A stretch of DNA of 64,000 nt from positions 15,026-79,025 of the forward strand of contig CP066682.1 of NCBI GenBank assembly GCA_016432285.1, given 5' to 3'. The notes beneath the pieces were generated by a model. The model did not search any database and had not been told where the DNA came from. It was given only the letters and a program-made list of their open reading frames with translations. This document shows, piece by piece, positions 1-11,573 of this stretch. The stretch's first letter is position 1. Each line of letters begins with the position of its first letter. The stretch comes from Candidatus Kaiserbacteria bacterium. Its GTDB lineage: Bacteria > Patescibacteriota > Minisyncoccia > Phycocordibacterales > UBA2100. The translations under genes and the position numbers were made by a program.

Positions 1-330
1 CGCATTTTTTGCGAAGGCCGCACACACACTCTTTCGACGAGAGAACGTGTGCAATTTGTATTGTCTTCTAACTGACTAATAACTGAAGACAACTAATAAT
101 GGGGCTTACGCCCATTTGCTAGCCCACCGCATTTCTGCGATGAGGTTAGCAGCAATAGTGTTGGGACATTCGGAATTTCTGCAACTCACCGGAACGTATC
201 TCCCATTTCTGGAATTCAATGAATCTTCACAGGCTCGTGCCTGTGCGTTTGTTTCTCTATGCAAATGTCAACGAACCAAACAGAGAGCGCTGTAGCCCCC
301 TGCCTTTCAATGCCTCATCAAAGAAGCATC
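1..330 (-). promoter_or_regulatory. Long structured 5' leader of a transcript leaving the window leftwards (boxA-like motif plus tandem hairpins)
   Basis: No credible ORF. The minus strand has TATAAT at 342-337, boxA-like GTTCGTTGACA at 276-266, and about five hairpins, two capped by GNRA loops (GAAA, GTAA). Confidence 0.5.
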
Positions 331-384
331 GGGACAATTATATATCAGCAGGGTTTAAGCGCTAATTCAGCGTATTCTCCGTTT

Positions 385-393
385 TGTGGATAA
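385..393 (-). promoter_or_regulatory. Perfect DnaA box (TTATCCACA)
   Basis: TGTGGATAA on the + strand in intergenic DNA; a near match lies at 498-506. Confidence 0.5.
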
Positions 394-571
394 CTTGTGA
401 TGAAAAATGGCCCGTTTTGGGGGCCTTTTTCCGGGTCACTCGTTACGGCGCCACAATACCCTCCCACCGAGCGGGAGTCAATTGTATTGACGGGCCCTGT
501 GGAGAAATCTTTCAGGCCTTCATCTCTATTTAATGGAACAGCCCCCCGGAAGCGCACCCGGGCGTCAGCCC

Positions 572-1309
572 TTACTGTACGAGGGAGTACCTGCTCCAGC
601 GCTTATCTCCCGTCCTTTTGACCCGTCCGAGAGCGATGAGAGCTGCGAGCTCGCGCTGGATCGTCTTTTCGCTGTATTCCGGCAGGTTCGAGGCGATGTC
701 CTTGATACCGAGCTCACCGCGAGAGCGCAGAATGGCGAGTACTCCCTCGCTGCGTGTCCCTGAAGAAGCAGCTCTAACGGACACCGATCTTCGCGGCGTG
801 TCCTTTATCGCGATTCCGCGTGGCCGTGTTGCGTCCTTGTCCGTTAAACTCTCCGAGAGGAGTTCCTCCCGTTTCAAGACCACGCTCTCCGAGAGCGTGC
901 TGCGCTGCGCGGCAAACAGGAAATTGCTCAGTTCATCGAGCGCCTCGGAGAGGATGGAAGTGTTTTGCTGCGAAATGTAACCGGAGACCGCGAGGATCCG
1001 CACGAGCGAGACGAGCTCCCGGGTCGAGCTGATTGTCCGTTTGAATGGGTGCGATTCGCGGGAGCGAAGCTCGTCTCGGAGCTGTAGGACATTCTCGAGC
1101 AGTTGAACGGCCTCCCGCCGGAGCGCGGTTCGCGCCGGCTCATCCGACGGGATGTGGTTGGTGATGAGGTGGAGGGCCGCGACGATGCGTTCGGCTCTGC
1201 GGTAGGCCCGCTCGGCCGATACGTTGCGTCCAAAGGGCTGGATCCGCGTCCGCTCGTCCAAGATCTCGGCCATATCGGTCCTCCTCTGTATGTCTCTTTG
1301 GTCGTCCAT
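572..1309 (-). CDS. Hypothetical protein with an N-terminal helical bundle and a C-terminal DeoR-like winged HTH
   Basis: C-terminal GIKDIASNLPEYSEKTIQRELAALIALGRVKRTG is wHTH-like; start placed at MDDQRD. Confidence 0.7.
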   Translation of the reverse strand: MDDQRDIQRRTDMAEILDERTRIQPFGRNVSAERAYRRAERIVAALHLITNHIPSDEPARTALRREAVQLLENVLQLRDELRSRESHPFKRTISSTRELVSLVRILAVSGYISQQNTSILSEALDELSNFLFAAQRSTLSESVVLKREELLSESLTDKDATRPRGIAIKDTPRRSVSVRAASSGTRSEGVLAILRSRGELGIKDIASNLPEYSEKTIQRELAALIALGRVKRTGDKRWSRYSLVQ

Positions 1310-1454
1310 TGTGTGTTCCTGACGTGTACGTTGCGTGTCCGATTCGACGCATTTGGGATTATATAGATACTTTTCGTGACCGCAATCACGCCCTTCCGTG
1401 CTGTCCTTTAGAGCACTGCGCATCGCGCACGCGATGCGATGGTATGATGCTGCT

Positions 1455-3686
1455 ATGAAAGAGCGCCGAAAAAACGGCAAACAGAAGAAAATCGATCGAG
1501 AATCGCCATCTGCCATCTCGCGCATCAGCGGGGAGGCACTGCGGGGGGTCTCGGCGATTTTTTTTATCGCGATCGCCGGATTTCTCGTGCTCGCGAGCTT
1601 TGAAGTGGGCGGCGCCGTCGGCTCCGTACTCTACGAATGGCTCTCGTGGCTCCTTGGCGTAGGGTACATGCTGCTGCCGCTCTCCCTGCTTCTGCTTTCG
1701 ATCATCATCCTCCGCTCCTTTGAGCGGCACTTCGGAGCGGTCCAGCTCTTTAGCATGGCCGTCTTCCTCTTTTCGGCGCTCGCACTCGTCAACCTCGCCT
1801 TCCCCGGCAAAGGCGGCGTCTTGGGGAGCGCGATCTCGCGCCCACTCGTAAGCGCCGTCGACACCACGGCAACTGTCGTCTTTCTTTTGGCGTTCGTGAT
1901 CGCGGCCTTGATCATCGCCTTCGACATTCACCTCGGTGCCGCTTGGGGCTCGATCCGCGATCGCTTCCGCAAAAACGAAGAATCGGACGATTCGCTGGAA
2001 GAAACCGACATTGAAGACGTGCCGGTCGTCGGTTTGGCGCCAGAAGAGGAAGAGACCGAGGTCGAGGTGGAAGCGGAACCGCAACAAAAGGAGGAGCCGA
2101 AGAAAAACACGATTACCTCCTTCCTCGAGCGGGCGCAGTCATCCGAAGGCTTTCCGATCATCGCCGCGACCGGCAGCACGTACACTCCCCCGCCGGTTTC
2201 GATCCTCGCAAAAAATAAAGGAAAGCCCGAGGTGGGAGATGTGAAGGCCAACATGAACATCATCAAGCGCACGCTTCAGAACTTCGGCATTCAGGTGGAA
2301 ATGGACGAGGCTTCGATCGGCCCCACCGTCACGCGCTACTCCATGAAACCGGCGGAGGGCGTGCGGCTCTCGAAGATCGTGGCGCTTCAGAGCAATCTCG
2401 AGCTCGCGCTGGCCGCTTCTCCGGTGCGCATCGAGGCGCCGATTCCCGGCAAATCACTCGTCGGCGTCGAAGTGCCCAACATCTCTCGCACCACGCTTGG
2501 CATGGCGCCTCTCATCACCGACGATGCCTTCTCCGCATCGGACAAGCCACTCCTTTTGGGACTCGGCCGCTCGATTACGGGACAGCCGCACTATGCAGAT
2601 CTCGCGCGCATGCCGCACCTTCTGGTGGCGGGTACGACCGGTGCCGGCAAATCAGTGGCGATCAACGACTTCGTGATCTCGCTCCTCTACCGCTGCGGCC
2701 CGGAGCGCCTCAGATTTATCATGGTCGACCCGAAGCGGGTGGAACTGACGCTCTACAACTCCATCCCCCACCTCCTCACGCCCGTCATCACGGATGCGAA
2801 GAAGGCGATCCTCGCGATCAAGTGGCTCGCCAAAGAAATGGAGCGGCGCTACAACATCCTCGAGACTGAGCAGGTGCGCGACATTGCTTCGTACCATGAA
2901 AACGTGGTCGCACCCGCGATCGCGAAAGCGAGCGACGGGTCGGAAGAAAAAATGCCGGAAGCGATGCCCTACATCGTGCTCATCATCGACGAGCTCGCGG
3001 ACATCATGTCGACCTATCCGCGCGAGCTCGAGAGCGGCATCGTGCGCCTCGCGCAGATGAGCCGCGCTGTCGGCATCCACCTCATCCTCTCGACACAGCG
3101 GCCGTCGGTGAAGGTGATCACGGGGCTCATCAAAGCCAACATCCCGGCGCGCGTCGCGCTCCAGGTGGCCTCGCAGATCGACTCTCGCACCATTCTCGAC
3201 ACGGGCGGCGCCGAAAAACTCCTCGGTGCGGGCGACATGCTCTTTCTCTCGGGGGAAATGAGCAAGCCGCGCCGCATCCAGGCGCCGTACATTTCCGAAG
3301 ACGAGGTCAAGAAGGTGGTCGCGCACATCGCCAAACAGTCTGTCGGGGAACTGACGAGTGAGATCGATTTCACGGAGCGCGGACAAGCGGGCGGCACCGA
3401 TGCGATCTTCTCCTCCATGATCGGCGAGGAAGAGAGCGACGACGACGAGCTCTACCCCGATGCGAAGCGGACTGTCATCGAAGCCGGAAAGGCCTCCACC
3501 TCGTACCTCCAGCGCAAACTCGGTATCGGATACGCGCGCGCGGCGCGGCTCATGGATCTTTTGGAGGAACGCGGCGTGATCGGCCCGGCGGACGGCGCGA
3601 AGCCGCGCGATGTGATCGGCGCGGGCAATGCGGACGAGCTTGTAGAGGCCGCCGAAGCCGCGGAGGCGGAAGAAGAGAATCGCTAA
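1455..3686 (+). CDS. ftsK: DNA translocase FtsK/SpoIIIE
   Basis: N-terminal TM helices, MPHLLVAGTTGAGKS, IIDELAD, and gamma domain STSYLQRKLGIGYARAARLMD. Confidence 0.97.
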   Translation: MKERRKNGKQKKIDRESPSAISRISGEALRGVSAIFFIAIAGFLVLASFEVGGAVGSVLYEWLSWLLGVGYMLLPLSLLLLSIIILRSFERHFGAVQLFSMAVFLFSALALVNLAFPGKGGVLGSAISRPLVSAVDTTATVVFLLAFVIAALIIAFDIHLGAAWGSIRDRFRKNEESDDSLEETDIEDVPVVGLAPEEEETEVEVEAEPQQKEEPKKNTITSFLERAQSSEGFPIIAATGSTYTPPPVSILAKNKGKPEVGDVKANMNIIKRTLQNFGIQVEMDEASIGPTVTRYSMKPAEGVRLSKIVALQSNLELALAASPVRIEAPIPGKSLVGVEVPNISRTTLGMAPLITDDAFSASDKPLLLGLGRSITGQPHYADLARMPHLLVAGTTGAGKSVAINDFVISLLYRCGPERLRFIMVDPKRVELTLYNSIPHLLTPVITDAKKAILAIKWLAKEMERRYNILETEQVRDIASYHENVVAPAIAKASDGSEEKMPEAMPYIVLIIDELADIMSTYPRELESGIVRLAQMSRAVGIHLILSTQRPSVKVITGLIKANIPARVALQVASQIDSRTILDTGGAEKLLGAGDMLFLSGEMSKPRRIQAPYISEDEVKKVVAHIAKQSVGELTSEIDFTERGQAGGTDAIFSSMIGEEESDDDELYPDAKRTVIEAGKASTSYLQRKLGIGYARAARLMDLLEERGVIGPADGAKPRDVIGAGNADELVEAAEAAEAEEENR

Positions 3687-3689
3687 ACC

Positions 3690-4094
3690 ATGCTCCCGTA
3701 CCGCGACAGCAGGCTCACGCGCATCACCCTCATCGCCTTCTTCCTCTTGGTCGTCGGGTACGCGTACTTTGAGGGCCGCGGCCTCTTGTATGGCCCCACG
3801 ATTGAGATCGAGGGCCGCGCGATGCAGGTGGAGGACCCATTTATTACAATCGAAGGGCGCGCGCAGCGTGTCCTCTCACTCACCATGAACGGACGGGCCG
3901 TGCCTCTCACCGAGGCGGGCGATTTTAGCGAGCCCTTCGTGCTCGCGCCCGGCTACAACAGAATCCTCCTTGAGGCGAAGGACCGGTACGGCAAATCGAC
4001 TGAGCGTCAGATCGAAATCGTCTACACAGGCTCGCTCGCCACCTCCTCCCACAGCAGCGACACTGCGTCGTCCACCGAATCGATAGCACCCTGA
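3690..4094 (+). CDS. Membrane-anchored hypothetical protein with an Ig-like beta domain
   Basis: One TM helix followed by a beta-rich pattern (LxPGYNxIxLxAxD). Confidence 0.7.
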   Translation: MLPYRDSRLTRITLIAFFLLVVGYAYFEGRGLLYGPTIEIEGRAMQVEDPFITIEGRAQRVLSLTMNGRAVPLTEAGDFSEPFVLAPGYNRILLEAKDRYGKSTERQIEIVYTGSLATSSHSSDTASSTESIAP

Positions 4095-4119
4095 AGCGCA
4101 TCTGATACACTCAGTACTT

Positions 4120-5181
4120 ATGGCATTCACCAAAAAGGAAAAAGTGGCCCCCAAGCAAGTCGGCAAAGGATCGGACAAAGACGTGGAGCGCGCGATCTCC
4201 GAGATCAAAACCAAATTCGGCGACGAAGCAATCATGAAACTCGGCGAGCAGCCGAAGGTCGACGTCAACGCGATTCCCACTGGCTCGATTGGCGTCGACT
4301 GGGCGCTCGGAATCGGCGGTCTTCCGCGCGGCCGCATCATCGAAATCTTCGGCCCAGAGAGCTCCGGCAAAACCACGCTCTGTCTCCACGCGGTCGCGGA
4401 AGCGCAAAAGAAGGGCGGCGTGTGCGCCTTTATCGACGCGGAGCACGCGCTCGACCCGGAGTACGCAAAAAAACTCGGCGTGGATATCTCTTCCCTCCTA
4501 GTGTCGCAGCCGGATACCGGCGAGCAGGCGCTTGAGATCGTTGAGTCCCTCGTGCGATCTGGCAAGATCGACGTGATCGTCATCGACTCCGTCGCGGCGC
4601 TCACCCCCAAGGACGAGATCGAGGGAGATATGGGCGCACAGCACGTTGGGAAGCAGGCTCGCCTCATGTCGCAGGCGTTGCGCAAACTGACCGCGATCGT
4701 CAGCAAAACGAAGACGGTCGTGATTTTCATCAACCAGATCCGCATGCAGATCGGTGTGATGTTCGGCAATCCCGAAACCACGCCGGGCGGCAAAGCCCTG
4801 AAGTTTTACACCTCGGTGCGCGTCGACATCCGCCGCATCGCACAAATCAAAAAGGGCGACGAAACCGTGGGCGGCCGGCATCGCGTGAAGATTGTGAAGA
4901 ACAAAGTGGCCGCACCCTTCCGACAGACGGAATTCGACATGCTCTACGGCGAGGGCATCTCAAAGGAGGGCGAGGCCCTCGCGCTCGGCGAAAAATTCGG
5001 GCTCGTGCAGAAATCTTCGGGCGGCGCTTACACGATCGGCGAAACGAAGCTCGGCCGCGGTTACGACGCCGCCCGCACCTTCCTCCGGGACAACAAGCCG
5101 GTGTTGAACGCGCTCCTCAAAGACATCCGAAAGGCGCTCCAAGAGGGCGGCGTCGCCAAGGCAGCGCCCTCCGAGGAATAG
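4120..5181 (+). CDS. recA: Recombinase RecA
   Basis: [18 protein letters not shown] and [14 protein letters not shown] motifs. Confidence 0.99.
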   Translation: MAFTKKEKVAPKQVGKGSDKDVERAISEIKTKFGDEAIMKLGEQPKVDVNAIPTGSIGVDWALGIGGLPRGRIIEIFGPESSGKTTLCLHAVAEAQKKGGVCAFIDAEHALDPEYAKKLGVDISSLLVSQPDTGEQALEIVESLVRSGKIDVIVIDSVAALTPKDEIEGDMGAQHVGKQARLMSQALRKLTAIVSKTKTVVIFINQIRMQIGVMFGNPETTPGGKALKFYTSVRVDIRRIAQIKKGDETVGGRHRVKIVKNKVAAPFRQTEFDMLYGEGISKEGEALALGEKFGLVQKSSGGAYTIGETKLGRGYDAARTFLRDNKPVLNALLKDIRKALQEGGVAKAAPSEE

Positions 5182-5303
5182 CGAAGGTGCGAGCGGGGCG
5201 TTGCCCCCGAGCGAAAACCATTGTGCATTCCGCACATACATGTATAGTGAGCGGACTATTCGCTTAGGGGGCACGGCAGCGATGACCGACCTCAAAGTGA
5301 GAG

Positions 5304-6689
5304 ATGAAAACAACCGCAAAAAAGAAACGCAAGAACGGCCACAAAAAATTCTGGCAGCTCGGCCGCGAGGAAGTGAACACCGCGCACTTCGACATCTCTC
5401 CCGAAGGGACGCTTATGGTGCGCGAGGGCAACTACCAGTACAACATGTTCGATATCGTCAAGAAGTACGGCACCTCGACCGAGATCTTCTTCCCCACCAT
5501 CATCGAAAACCGCGTGCGCGACCTCATCGAGACCTTCAACGCGTACATCAAGGTATCCGGCTACCGCGGCAAATTTTTCTACCACTACCCCATGAAGGTC
5601 AACCAGAACCGTGAGTTTGTGCTCCCGGCAGTCGCCGAGGGTGCAAATCTCGACGTCGGCTCCGCCAACGAGCTCTTTCTCGTGAAGCGGATGGTGGAGC
5701 AGGAGAAATTCCACAACAAGATTCGCGTCATCTGCAACGGCCCCAAGACGGAGCGCTACATGGACCTCATTGAGGAGCTGCGCGGCAAGGGCCTTGTGGT
5801 GATCCCGATCATCGAGGACCGTGTCGAGCTTGAGCGCATGAAAAAGTTCAAGGGCGAAGTCGGCATCCGCGTCGATCTCAACGTGAAAGTGGACAGCCAC
5901 TGGGACAAACGCTACAACCGCTTCGGCTTTACCGAAGAGGAACTCTTGGATCTCGGAAAAATCCGCAACCTCGCGGTCTTGCACTACCACATTTCGAGTC
6001 AGATCGAAAAAGTGGACGGCTTTCTCCAGCCCTTGAAACGCGCGGTGGCGCTCTACGCGAAGATGCGCGAAAAAAATCCGCAGCTCGACACGATCGACTT
6101 CGGCGGCGGCGCGGGCGTCCCTTACGACAAGCGCAAGCGCTTCTACACCGGCAAGAGCCTCATCAGCCAGATGGTCAAAACCGCCAAGAAGCAGTGCGAC
6201 CGCCTCGGCGTTCGGCACCCCAATCTCGTCGCGGAGTGGGGGCGCTACGTGGTCGCGCCAGCGCAGATCACGATCTACCGCATCACCGCCGAAAAGCAGG
6301 CATACAACAAAGGCGGCAACAGCTGGTACGTGATCGACGGCTCCTTTATGAACGACCTCCTCGACACATGGGCCATCAAGCAGAAGTGGCACGTGGTGCC
6401 GATCAATCACATGCACAGCAAAAAGCTCGCGCATGTGTGGCTCGGCGGCTCTTCCTGCGACAGCGACGACAAGTACACGGCGGGCGGCTCGTACATCCTC
6501 CTCCCGCGTCTCGGAGACGTGGACGAGCTCTACGTGGCCTTCCTCGACACGGGAGCCTACCAAGATTCCCTCGCCTCCCACCACTGTCTTCTCTCCTCGC
6601 CGCTGAAGCTCATGGCCCAGAACGGCGAGATTAAAGTGGTGCGGCGACGCGAGAGCCCCGAAGAGGTCGGCAAGCAATTCGGCTGGTAA
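5304..6689 (+). CDS. speA: Arginine decarboxylase, short fold-type III PLP form
   Basis: YPMKVNQ (PLP lysine, SpeA-like), HYHISSQI, DFGGG, EWGRY, CDSD and GAYQ motifs; polyamine gene context. Confidence 0.8.
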   Translation: MKTTAKKKRKNGHKKFWQLGREEVNTAHFDISPEGTLMVREGNYQYNMFDIVKKYGTSTEIFFPTIIENRVRDLIETFNAYIKVSGYRGKFFYHYPMKVNQNREFVLPAVAEGANLDVGSANELFLVKRMVEQEKFHNKIRVICNGPKTERYMDLIEELRGKGLVVIPIIEDRVELERMKKFKGEVGIRVDLNVKVDSHWDKRYNRFGFTEEELLDLGKIRNLAVLHYHISSQIEKVDGFLQPLKRAVALYAKMREKNPQLDTIDFGGGAGVPYDKRKRFYTGKSLISQMVKTAKKQCDRLGVRHPNLVAEWGRYVVAPAQITIYRITAEKQAYNKGGNSWYVIDGSFMNDLLDTWAIKQKWHVVPINHMHSKKLAHVWLGGSSCDSDDKYTAGGSYILLPRLGDVDELYVAFLDTGAYQDSLASHHCLLSSPLKLMAQNGEIKVVRRRESPEEVGKQFGW

Positions 6690-6696
6690 CGCGCGT

Positions 6697-7923
<1,227 letters not shown>

Positions 7924-7930
7924 TCCTTCT

Positions 7931-9133
7931 ATGGAAAAGCGCCCGACCTCGACGCTTGATACGTCGAAAATAGCCACGCCCGCCTTCGTGATCGAAGAGG
8001 CGCTTCTGCGGCACAACCTTTCGATTTTGCGGCATGTGAAAGAGAGGACCGGCTGCAAGATGTACCAGGCGCTGAAGGCCTGGTCCACGTGGGAGCTCTT
8101 TCCCGTGGTGCGCGAGTACCTCGACGGCACCGAAGCGAGCTCGCTCAACGAGGCGCGGCTCGGATATGAGGAGTTCAATCATGACGTACACGTGTATGCG
8201 CCCGCATACAAAGATGAGGAATTCGATGAGCTGCTTCGCTACAGCAGCACGATTATTTTCAATTCGGTCGATCAGTGGAAAAAGTTCAAGCCCCGCATCG
8301 AAGCGAGCGGAAAACAGATCGAGTGCGGCTTGCGACTCAATCCGGAAAATATCTCGAAAGACGAGCACGGCGGCCTCTGGTCCCCGACGGCACCTGGCTC
8401 CCGGCTCGGCGTGCGCCGCACGGAGCTTGAGGCAGCGCTCACAGAGGACAGAGACGCGCTTCAGGGAATCAGCGGTTTCCACTTCCACGTCTTCTGGGAC
8501 AAGACGTTGCCGGATTTGCGCGAAGCCGTGCGCGTGATCGAAGATAAATTCGGTACGCACTTTTCCGCGGTGAAGTGGATCAACTTCGGCGGCGGACAAA
8601 TGATCACGAACGATGACTACGACGTGGAGGGACTCATCGCTCTCATCAACGATTTCCAAACGAAATATTCCGTGCGAGTGCATCTGGAGCCGGGCGCCGC
8701 GATCGTGAAGAATGCCGGCGCACTGGTTGCGAGCGTACTCGATGTGGTGGAGCGGGATGACGTGCCGTACAAGATCGCGATCCTCGATATGTCGTTCAAC
8801 GCGCACACGCCTGATTTTCTCCTCAGCCGCGATCTCGACATGCCAGTGCGGGGAGCTCGCGCCCTGCGCGACGAGAAGAAACTGAAAGGACACGCGTACC
8901 GGCTCGGCGGCGGCACTTGTGTGACGGGAGACACGCTCGGGCACTTTCATATCTTCGAAAAATCGCTCCGCGCGGGAGACAAAATCGTGCTGGAGGACGG
9001 CATTCAGTACAACATGGTGCAGTGCACGATGTTTAACGGCGTGCAGCACCCCTCGATCGTATTGTGGAAAGACGACGCGGCCGAAACGTTGCGAGCCTTC
9101 ACATTTGAGGATTACAAGGCGAGAATGGGCTAA
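7931..9133 (+). CDS. nspC: Carboxy(nor)spermidine decarboxylase
   Basis: ALKAWS, ASSLNEA, SRLGV, NFGGG, LEPG, AHTPD and YNMVQCTMFNGV motifs. Confidence 0.9.
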   Translation: MEKRPTSTLDTSKIATPAFVIEEALLRHNLSILRHVKERTGCKMYQALKAWSTWELFPVVREYLDGTEASSLNEARLGYEEFNHDVHVYAPAYKDEEFDELLRYSSTIIFNSVDQWKKFKPRIEASGKQIECGLRLNPENISKDEHGGLWSPTAPGSRLGVRRTELEAALTEDRDALQGISGFHFHVFWDKTLPDLREAVRVIEDKFGTHFSAVKWINFGGGQMITNDDYDVEGLIALINDFQTKYSVRVHLEPGAAIVKNAGALVASVLDVVERDDVPYKIAILDMSFNAHTPDFLLSRDLDMPVRGARALRDEKKLKGHAYRLGGGTCVTGDTLGHFHIFEKSLRAGDKIVLEDGIQYNMVQCTMFNGVQHPSIVLWKDDAAETLRAFTFEDYKARMG

Positions 9134-10173
9134 TGGGCTGGAAAGACTTCGATCCACAGGGCGTTGGTCTCGAGAATTCGGGTATTTTTGGCTTGCCGTT
9201 CACTCCGGAGGAGGCGCAGGTGGTGCTGATTCCCGCACCGTGGGGCGTCACGGTCTCTTACGGCGGCGGCACCGAAAAGGGGCCGGAGGCAATCCTCGAC
9301 GCCTCACCGCAAATCGACTTTTTCCACGACAGCTACGGGTCCGACTCTTGGAAGCTTGGTATCAGCATGCTCCCGCTTTCGGAGTGGAAAGACGCGCACG
9401 AGGAAGGCCTTGCGCTCCGCAAGCTTGCCGAAAAACACATCGCTTCCCTCTCCGCGAGCAAAGGGGACGCGGCTCCGGCAGAGATCAACGAGCGGTGTAG
9501 AAATTTCCACGAGCGAATCGAGCGGACTGCCGATGATCTCCTCGCGAAGGGAAAGCTCGTGGGTCTCATTGGGGGCGATCACTCCACGCCCCTTGGCCTC
9601 ATGCGTGCGCTTGCGAAAAAACACGAGTTCGGGATTCTCCAGATCGACGCGCACTGTGATTTACGGGATTCGTACGAAGGATTCACCTACTCGCATGCCT
9701 CGATCATGCACAACGCGCTCCACACCTCGCAAATCACGCGCCTCACACAGGTGGGCGTGCGCGACTACTCGATCGGCGAGCGGGCGGTGATCGAAGCTTC
9801 CGGGGGCCGCATACAGACTTTCTTCGATGCGGATCTGAAGAAGCGGCAGTTCGAGGGCGAACGCTGGTCGGAAAGCGTCGCTGCAATCCTCGCGACGTTG
9901 CCCGAAAAGGTGTACCTCTCGTTCGACATCGACGGGCTCGACCCCGCACTCTGCCCCCACACTGGCACCCCCGTGCCGGGCGGCCTCCAGTTCGACGAGG
10001 CGATCTATCTCATCCGCGCGGTCGCGGAATCCGGCCGGACCATCATCGGTTTTGATGTGAATGAAGTGAGTCCGTCGGAGACTTCGGAATGGGACGCCAA
10101 CGTCGGCATGCGAGTGCTTTGGAATCTCGCCATGTGGTCGGCAAAGTCGAACAACATGAAGCCGCTCGCATAA
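9133..10173 (+). CDS. speB: Agmatinase (ureohydrolase family)
   Basis: GGDHS, DAHCD and SFDIDGLDPALCPHTGTPVPGG motifs. Confidence 0.9.
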   Translation: MGWKDFDPQGVGLENSGIFGLPFTPEEAQVVLIPAPWGVTVSYGGGTEKGPEAILDASPQIDFFHDSYGSDSWKLGISMLPLSEWKDAHEEGLALRKLAEKHIASLSASKGDAAPAEINERCRNFHERIERTADDLLAKGKLVGLIGGDHSTPLGLMRALAKKHEFGILQIDAHCDLRDSYEGFTYSHASIMHNALHTSQITRLTQVGVRDYSIGERAVIEASGGRIQTFFDADLKKRQFEGERWSESVAAILATLPEKVYLSFDIDGLDPALCPHTGTPVPGGLQFDEAIYLIRAVAESGRTIIGFDVNEVSPSETSEWDANVGMRVLWNLAMWSAKSNNMKPLA

Positions 10174-10178
10174 AAGTA

Positions 10179-10211
10179 ACCCCATACCGAGGTTTAACCT
10201 CGGTATGGGGT
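10179..10211. repeat. Perfect 15-bp-stem palindrome (REP-like element or terminator)
   Basis: ACCCCATACCGAGGT-TTA-ACCTCGGTATGGGGT immediately after the speB stop, with no U-tract. Confidence 0.6.
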
Positions 10212-10300
10212 GGGCGGCATGTGTCCTCGCGGGGCAAAAGAACTGTATCGAGCCGGGAAAAAGATGGACAAGCCGGTTTTTTTCTCTACAATGCCGCGAT

Positions 10301-10867
10301 ATGTTGAATTACAACGATGTGAAGCCGGGAGTCGCCGTGCTCGTCGAGGGCGAGCCGTACGTCTGTACGTGGAATAACATCATGCAAAAGCAGCAGCGCC
10401 GTCCGGTGAATCAGACGAAGCTGCGCCACCTCATCCGCGGCAACGTGATCGAGTACTCCTTCCAGCAATCTGACAAACTCCAGGAAGCGGAGATCGAGTC
10501 GAAACCCGCAGTGTTTGTCTTCCGCGATGCGCGCAAAAACGAATGGGTCTTCCACGAGACTAAGGACAAATCGAAACGCTTTTCGGTCGACGATGAAAAG
10601 ATCGGCGATGCCGGGCAATTTTTGAAGCCCGCCATGGAGGTGGATACGCTCGCCTTTGAAGGCAAGCTCTTCCGCGTGAAGGTGCCGATCAAGGTGGAAC
10701 TGAAGGTGGTGGAAGCGCCGCCGGACGTACGCGGCAACACCGCACAGGGCGGCTCGAAGATCGTTACGCTCGAAACGGGTGCCTCACTTACCGTGCCGAT
10801 GTTTGTGAAGGAGGGCGACGTGGTCCGCATCAACACCGACACGGGCGAATACGTCGAGCGCGCATAA
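10301..10867 (+). CDS. efp: Elongation factor P with an atypical loop (KQQRRPV)
   Basis: GNTAQGGSK, LETGASLTVPMFVKEGD and INTDTGEYVER motifs. Confidence 0.95.
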   Translation: MLNYNDVKPGVAVLVEGEPYVCTWNNIMQKQQRRPVNQTKLRHLIRGNVIEYSFQQSDKLQEAEIESKPAVFVFRDARKNEWVFHETKDKSKRFSVDDEKIGDAGQFLKPAMEVDTLAFEGKLFRVKVPIKVELKVVEAPPDVRGNTAQGGSKIVTLETGASLTVPMFVKEGDVVRINTDTGEYVERA

Positions 10868-10875
10868 AACACCCA

Positions 10876-10905
10876 AGAGAAAGGCCCCGACCGGGGCCTT
10901 TCTCT
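10876..10905. terminator. Bidirectional intrinsic terminator between efp and rpsR
   Basis: AGAGAAAGGCCCCG-AC-CGGGGCCTTTCTCT between convergent genes. Confidence 0.8.
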
Positions 10906-10914
10906 ATATTCTCT

Positions 10915-11112
10915 CTATTTCTGAATGTACGGGAGGAGCGCCATGAAGCGCGCGCGCTTGACTGCCGCTTCCACCGCGCGCTGCTGCTTCGCGGTGAGGC
11001 TCGTGCGCTTGCGGCTCATGATGCGGCCATGCGGGTTGATGAACTGCTTCAAAAGGTCGATGTCTTTGTAATCGACGTGCTGAATGTCATTTTGGGTCAG
11101 GATGTTGCTCAT
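10915..11112 (-). CDS. rpsR: 30S ribosomal protein S18
   Basis: VDYKD and [19 protein letters not shown] motifs. Confidence 0.97.
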   Translation of the reverse strand: MSNILTQNDIQHVDYKDIDLLKQFINPHGRIMSRKRTSLTAKQQRAVEAAVKRARFMALLPYIQK

Positions 11113-11117
11113 AGTAT

Positions 11118-11558
11118 TTAAAACGGAATATCGTCGGGGTTAATGTCTTCTTTTGGATAATCGATGCCGGCGCCATTGGAGGGCTCGTCCGCCTCGTGCG
11201 TGTCGTCGCTGCGGCGCGCTCCGCCCCCGCCCGCGCTCTTGGGGCCGAACTGCACGCGATCTGCCACGACTTCGGTGCGATACTTTTTCTGCCCCTCCTG
11301 CTCCCAGCTGCGGGTCTGCATTCTTCCCTCGACGAATACGGAGCTTCCCTTTTTGAGGTACTGCGCTACCGTGTCGGCCTGACGTCCGAAGACGACGATA
11401 TTATGGAAGTCGGTCTGCTCCTGCTTCTTGCCGTCACGGTCACGGTACACGCGGTTGGTCGCCACGCTGAAATTGCAGACGTTCATGCCGGAAGGAAGCG
11501 AGCGAAGCTCAGGGTCGCGCGTCAGATTGCCAAAGAGCATCGCCTTATTGATGTACAT
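11118..11558 (-). CDS. ssb: Single-stranded DNA-binding protein
   Basis: [14 protein letters not shown] at the N-terminus and a DDIPF tail. Confidence 0.98.
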   Translation of the reverse strand: MYINKAMLFGNLTRDPELRSLPSGMNVCNFSVATNRVYRDRDGKKQEQTDFHNIVVFGRQADTVAQYLKKGSSVFVEGRMQTRSWEQEGQKKYRTEVVADRVQFGPKSAGGGGARRSDDTHEADEPSNGAGIDYPKEDINPDDIPF

Positions 11559-11573
11559 ACAAAAATGGTAGCA

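Noticed and set aside
380-560. Replication origin
   Set aside because: Only one perfect and one imperfect DnaA box, no dnaA/dnaN in the window and no clear unwinding element.
572-1309. Diversity-generating retroelement (Avd-like domain)
   Set aside because: No reverse transcriptase or TR/VR pair in the window.
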